Positions 59,414 through 64,000 of a stretch of DNA of 64,000 nucleotides are shown here, one piece after another. The DNA is from Nitrospirota bacterium (lineage in GTDB: Bacteria > Nitrospirota > UBA9217), in assembly GCA_963663225.1 (NCBI GenBank), contig OY760142.1:960001-1024000 (forward strand). The letters are read 5' to 3'. A model generated the notes under the pieces. That model ran no database searches and was not told the origin of the DNA. It saw only the letters and a program-made list of their open reading frames with translations. Each line of letters opens with the position of its first letter. Position 1 is the first letter of the stretch. Both the position numbers and the translations under genes were made by a program.

Positions 59414-60827
59414 CAGGCCCGAACAGAATCGTGAATCCTTTATCGCCAAACAGCACCTGATAGGCGCAGCAAAAACCGCCTTCCAGCAGCTGTCCGCGGT
59501 AATGAGAAATACGACTCTGTATCCTGAAGAACATCCGTCTCTTCGTGCATCTGCAGAAAAGCTTCTCGGGACGATTGCGACACTGATGACGGACCGGGAC
59601 AAAGTCGCCTTCTACCTTGTGGGCGGCGAGCTGTTTTTTGAGACCCTCTCCATTCCCGTGGATCAAGGTCTCGCCCAGCTCATGGAACAGTTTACCGGTC
59701 TCGAAGTAAGCGGAATTATTTTTAAACCGGAACTCACGCAGAAAGAACTGGTCAGGTTTGCCCTCCTGATGAACAAAGAACCGGCTTTTTTCGTCTCTCT
59801 GGGCGGAATCACGGAGGTCCTCGAAAAAGAGGGGATCGTCCATGTTGAACTTCACCGGGTAATGGTTGTTGATAAAAGCGTCAGCGGCGCCCTCAAGGAG
59901 GGCAAAAAACAGGCGGCAAAAATTTTTATGGAGGCCGTAGAAACAGTCAAAGAGATGGTGGAAACGGTCCATTTGGACAAAGCAATCAACATGCGGAAGA
60001 TCAATACGACTGTTCAAACCATGGTTGATGATATTTTGAACAACCGGGACGCTTTGATGGGTCTGTCCAGCATAAAAATGTATGACGAATATACGTTTGC
60101 GCATTCGGTAAACACCGCGATCCTTGCCATATCTCTCGGGTCATTTCTTTCATTCAGCAAAGCGCAGATCGCGGCACTGGGAGTAGCCGGACTTCTGCAT
60201 GATATCGGCAAAGTGAATGTGCCTCACGAGATTATCAATAAACCGGACAAGTTAACGGACGAGGAATGGGAGATCGTCAAGCGGCATCCCATCGAAGGGG
60301 CGTTGATTCTCTCCCACACCCCGGGAATGACGAAACTCGCCATGGTTGCTGCCTTTGAACATCATCAGCACGGGAATCATAAAGGCTACCCCTGGATTGA
60401 CGACAGACTGCAACAGCACCCCTTCTCGCATATTATTACCCTCGCGGACGCCTACGAAGCACTTACCGCTGCACGGGTATATTACAAAGTCCAGATATCG
60501 CCGGAGCAGGCAATTCGCATTATAGTAAAAAAGCGGGTCACTGCCTTCGACCCTACCCTGGTGAAAGCCTTTGTTAATATGATGGGATTGTTTCCTGCGG
60601 GCACGCTCGTCAAACTGGACACCGGTGAAATCGGGCTGGTCAGGCATCAGACCCGTGACCTTTTGCGTCCCCGAGTGCTTCTTCTTACCAAATTCGACGG
60701 TTCAGAAAAGAAGGACGGCACTGAAGTCAGTCTTCTCGAAACAGCGGGAGGAAAATACAAGCGTACTATTTCCGGCACTATTGATAATAATGTAGCTAAA
60801 ATTGACGTAAAACAATATCTTACATAA
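59394..60827 (+). CDS. HD-GYP phosphodiesterase with N-terminal LYPxxHP domain
   Basis: YTFAHSVN, LHDIGK, HH..G..GYP, ADAYEALT; AAGGAG RBS; 20-nt overlap with the HEAT gene. Confidence 0.88.
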   Translation: MAEPQFDRPEQNRESFIAKQHLIGAAKTAFQQLSAVMRNTTLYPEEHPSLRASAEKLLGTIATLMTDRDKVAFYLVGGELFFETLSIPVDQGLAQLMEQFTGLEVSGIIFKPELTQKELVRFALLMNKEPAFFVSLGGITEVLEKEGIVHVELHRVMVVDKSVSGALKEGKKQAAKIFMEAVETVKEMVETVHLDKAINMRKINTTVQTMVDDILNNRDALMGLSSIKMYDEYTFAHSVNTAILAISLGSFLSFSKAQIAALGVAGLLHDIGKVNVPHEIINKPDKLTDEEWEIVKRHPIEGALILSHTPGMTKLAMVAAFEHHQHGNHKGYPWIDDRLQQHPFSHIITLADAYEALTAARVYYKVQISPEQAIRIIVKKRVTAFDPTLVKAFVNMMGLFPAGTLVKLDTGEIGLVRHQTRDLLRPRVLLLTKFDGSEKKDGTEVSLLETAGGKYKRTISGTIDNNVAKIDVKQYLT

Positions 60828-61092
60828 TGTCAACAGTAACGGCGCGTGGCGTATAAGGAATGTCTGCCGGCCATATCTCTCTCCGATATAACCTGCAAAC
60901 CCTGCGCGCATTATCATTGCCGCACTTCAAATAAAATCTCTGTACTCTTTGCCGTCTAACCGAGTTCCCGCCATGCACTTCCCGGAAGTCTCCCCATTTT
61001 TTTAATGGAAAAAGCTCAATTAATATTGTCAGCAAGTTTTTTTTCCTATACAATATGCATGAAACATCACTTTTTTATAATTTGGAGTATGT

Positions 61093-61902
61093 ATGTGTGA
61101 ATTCTGCACACACCATGGTGAAGGAAAAATCTGGTACAAAAATGCCGCAAATTATTCCCACGATCTGCTGTCGGATATCCGTCGCCGGCAGTATATTGAA
61201 AATTTTCTAACAACCACATTCGCGGAAGGGTTTCAAACACTGGGCAGGCTGGAAACAATCTACCAAAAAAGAGGGAAACTTCCGGAAACTGTGGCAAAAG
61301 CCCTCGTTGCAAAAGCGAAGGTTGAACATTTCGGCCAGGTTTTGCCCATTGAGGAAATCAGCACGGTGGTAAAACAGGCCTTGACTGTTGTACGCATGCC
61401 TTGCGCCTGCCGCTGGAGCATGGAAAAAAAAGAAACCCGGTGCTGCTATGCCATCAGTTACGGCCCCGACCCCTGGTACAATGGTATTGATATGGCCTCC
61501 TTTGGAAAAGCCTCTTCCGAGGGCCTTGAACAACTTTCTTCGGATGAGGCCGTGGCCCAGATGAAAGAAATGGAAGCACAGGGAGCAGTTCATACCATCT
61601 GGACGATGATGACCCCCTTCATCGGTGCAATTTGCAACTGTTCTCCCCGCGAATGCCTTGCTTTGAAAACCCTGGCGCAGATTGGAGTAGAGACCATGCA
61701 ACGCGCCGAGCACATTGCCAGCGTAAATGAAACGCTCTGCACAGGATGCGGTCTTTGCGCCTCTGAATGTCATTTTAAAGCAATTACAGGCACTTTTCGG
61801 AGCGGAAAATTTCTAGCTCGCATTGATTCGCACAGCTGCTTCGGATGCGGTTTATGCCGCAGGGCATGCAGCACAAATGCCATCAGTCTGGTTCTGCGAT
61901 AA
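61093..61902 (+). CDS. Cys-rich 4Fe-4S ferredoxin-domain protein
   Basis: N-terminal CEFC..HGEG, CACR, CC, ICNC...C and two C-terminal CxxCxxCxxxC motifs. Confidence 0.8.
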   Translation: MCEFCTHHGEGKIWYKNAANYSHDLLSDIRRRQYIENFLTTTFAEGFQTLGRLETIYQKRGKLPETVAKALVAKAKVEHFGQVLPIEEISTVVKQALTVVRMPCACRWSMEKKETRCCYAISYGPDPWYNGIDMASFGKASSEGLEQLSSDEAVAQMKEMEAQGAVHTIWTMMTPFIGAICNCSPRECLALKTLAQIGVETMQRAEHIASVNETLCTGCGLCASECHFKAITGTFRSGKFLARIDSHSCFGCGLCRRACSTNAISLVLR

Positions 61903-61991
61903 AGAATGCTTTACGGGATATCACGAAATCTATGCGGTAAGCAGTGTCAGCTTACTCTAAAACGCGAAGCATGGTAAGACTATAAATCATT

Positions 61992-62750
61992 ATGGATTCC
62001 GGCAAAATCACAGCCCCCCGAAAAACTGACAGAAACAGCAAGTTTCTGCTGCTTGTAGACAGCGATGCATATAATCTTAACTACCTGTCCATTATTCTCC
62101 AGCGGCTGGGCTACCAGATCTGCACCGCTGCAAATGCCAAGGAAGCTCTTGCCATATCCGCTGTGTCCAGTCCGTCCCTCATTATCACTGCCTTGGACCT
62201 TCCTGATATGACCGGCCTTGAGTTCATTCGTAAAGTGCGTCAGACCCCTGATATTGCTTCTGTTTTTGTCATTGTATTGCAGAAACAGATTGATTTACAG
62301 ATGGAAAAACGCTGCCGTGAATTGCACGTTGCAGAGTCTCTTCCGTTGCCGGTCAACATAGACAGGCTGTATCGTACCATTCAGACAGCTCTTGAAGCAA
62401 CACCCCGCAGCACCATTCGCATTAAGACCCTTTTGCCTGTAACAGTGAACAACCTGCCGTTCAACGGGCTGGGAGGAGCATCTGCGGCAATACTCTCGGA
62501 ACGCGGCATTTTTTTACCGACGACACGACCTGTCCCCATTGACACGCGACTCGTTCTTCAGCTACAATTAGACAATAATCTTGTCACTACAGAAGCGGTT
62601 GTTCTCTACAGCAACCATGTCATTGGAAATCCTTCCGAAGAACTCGGCATGGGCCTTGAGTTCCGCAGGATTTCACCCGCAGACAGAGAGATTATTCGGC
62701 AGTTTATTCTGAGCGAGATTACGCGAGGCATTGAATATTTATCCGATTAG
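61992..62750 (+). CDS. Atypical receiver + PilZ domain protein (copy 1)
   Basis: Receiver fold LLLVDSD...; PilZ RSTIR, ILSERG, GMGLEF. Confidence 0.8.
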   Translation: MDSGKITAPRKTDRNSKFLLLVDSDAYNLNYLSIILQRLGYQICTAANAKEALAISAVSSPSLIITALDLPDMTGLEFIRKVRQTPDIASVFVIVLQKQIDLQMEKRCRELHVAESLPLPVNIDRLYRTIQTALEATPRSTIRIKTLLPVTVNNLPFNGLGGASAAILSERGIFLPTTRPVPIDTRLVLQLQLDNNLVTTEAVVLYSNHVIGNPSEELGMGLEFRRISPADREIIRQFILSEITRGIEYLSD

Positions 62751-62847
62751 CAGCAAAGATTAATTAGTCAGAATACCCGGTTAAAAAGCAGCTGTCTTGC
62801 TGTATTTTTTCGTTGTTTCTGCTGTAGGGTTTTCTAGGAGGAAAGGC

Positions 62848-63609
62848 ATGCATGAGAATGTAACACATGCAGAATGGAACAAATCTGATCGAAAAGGCCG
62901 TTTTCTTCTGGTTGTAGACAGCGACGTAGACCACCTTTGTTTCGTTTCCGCGCTGCTCCAGCGTTTTGCGTACAAGACGCTTACGGCCTCCACAGTGAAA
63001 GAAGCCCTCACCATGACAGCGGTTGCAGTCCCGTCTCTTGTGATAATAGCAACGGACCCTGCGGACGAAAACGGCCTCGCTTTTATGAAGCAGCTCATGC
63101 AGAGCCCCAGTACGACGGACGTACCCCTTATCGCCCTGAGAACTCAAGAAGACCTGATCGGCGAAAAACAATGTCTACAGCAGGGAATTCAAAAGTGTTT
63201 GACAAAGCCGATTTCACCTGAGCAATTATATCAAGCCGTTCAAGCGACAATAGAGACCACCCCGCGGTCCCATATTCGCATCAGAACGCTGCTCCCCATT
63301 CACTCAACGGATTCGTCTTACGACTGTTTTGATAACGCGTGCACTACTGATTTATCAGAAGGCGGAATGTTTGTGCGGACCCATAAGCCTGCCAGTGTAC
63401 ATACCCAGCTGACATGCCAGTTTTATCTGTACGACAAAAAGATACAAGTGCTTGCAATTGTCCTCTACAGCAACCGGACCGGCAGAGGCATGTACCGCGA
63501 GCCGGGGATGGGACTTCAGTTCGCCCAAATTGCATCCCACGACCAGGACCTTATCCGACGCTTTGTCAGAAACGAGGTTGTCAGAGGGATACCACCGGTA
63601 GATGCATGA
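62848..63609 (+). CDS. Atypical receiver + PilZ domain protein (copy 2)
   Basis: LLVVDSD, LTKP; PilZ RSHIR, DLSEGG, GMGLQF; AGGAGG RBS. Confidence 0.82.
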   Translation: MHENVTHAEWNKSDRKGRFLLVVDSDVDHLCFVSALLQRFAYKTLTASTVKEALTMTAVAVPSLVIIATDPADENGLAFMKQLMQSPSTTDVPLIALRTQEDLIGEKQCLQQGIQKCLTKPISPEQLYQAVQATIETTPRSHIRIRTLLPIHSTDSSYDCFDNACTTDLSEGGMFVRTHKPASVHTQLTCQFYLYDKKIQVLAIVLYSNRTGRGMYREPGMGLQFAQIASHDQDLIRRFVRNEVVRGIPPVDA

Positions 63610-63711
63610 GAAAAAGCCGATTATGATATTTTCCGTTTCCACTGTTTTTTCGGAAGCCTGTTCAAACAAGCTGCTGCATGCGCCGGTAATAACGGCAACT
63701 CTGAGGCTGCT

Positions 63712-64000
63712 ATGAGCCTGATGGAGCACAAAATAGCCGCCTCACTCAGCAGACAAAATCGCAGAAGCCGCTTCATGTTGGTTGTCGACGGCGACCCGAA
63801 CAGCCTCGCCTATACGTCCCTGCTCCTTCATCGTTTTAATTATCAAATTTTCAAAGCCTCAACTGCCGAAGAAGCGCTTCAGATGGCGTCCGTGGCACTT
63901 CCTGCGCTTATTATTATCGCTCTTCCGCCCAAGGGAATGAGCGGTTTTGACTTTATGCAGCAACTCAGAGACTATCCGCCCACGGCCACACTTCCTGTCA
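63712..64000 (+). CDS. Atypical receiver protein, third paralogue (3' truncated by window)
   Basis: Manual translation MSLMEHK...RFMLVVDGD...KASTAEEALQMASVALPALIIIALPPKGMSG aligns with the two preceding receivers. Confidence 0.75.
   Translation, partial: MSLMEHKIAASLSRQNRRSRFMLVVDGDPNSLAYTSLLLHRFNYQIFKASTAEEALQMASVALPALIIIALPPKGMSGFDFMQQLRDYPPTATLPV

Noticed and set aside
60828-61092. 77-aa minus-strand ORF or possible sRNA in the gap after the HD-GYP gene
   Set aside because: No RBS, motif or strong secondary structure visible
1-64000. CRISPR arrays, rRNA, IS elements, prophage and defence systems
   Set aside because: No regularly spaced repeats or hallmark genes were seen by eye; the DUF853 ATPase is a solitary housekeeping-type HerA relative without a nuclease partner

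Overview
A dense, mostly housekeeping chromosomal window from a diderm anaerobe. lpxC together with rny, ymdB, yhaM, dapL and a sigma-54 promoter suggests Nitrospirota or Desulfobacterota; this taxonomy is inference. It holds about 55 CDS, 2 tRNAs (Gln-CTG, Glu-CTC) and a 6S RNA; I see no CRISPR array, transposase or integrase. The highlight is a co-oriented minus-strand block (14972-25868): marR, queG-like, hydrolase | terminator | arsR, acr3, proC-like, metallophosphoesterase, smsC, smsB, thioredoxin/CcdA-like, hgcA, hgcB. The mercury-methylation genes are the last two cistrons of a tightly coupled run that also encodes a minimal SUF-like Fe-S scaffold and a transmembrane thiol relay, downstream of an arsenic-responsive promoter. 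Other notable items: a c-di-GMP/partner-switching operon containing a STAND-like NTPase fused to an RsbW-like kinase; a HEAT-repeat/HD-GYP pair sharing an unnamed N-terminal domain; three tandem pseudo-receiver proteins (two with PilZ, one cut by the window end); an LptM-like FN3 lipoprotein and a CxxCH DsbC inside the arg/lys operon; and a possible structured RNA between 6S RNA and rarA. All calls come from reading motifs by eye; no searches were run, and several start codons were adjusted from the ORF track using RBS and overlap evidence.
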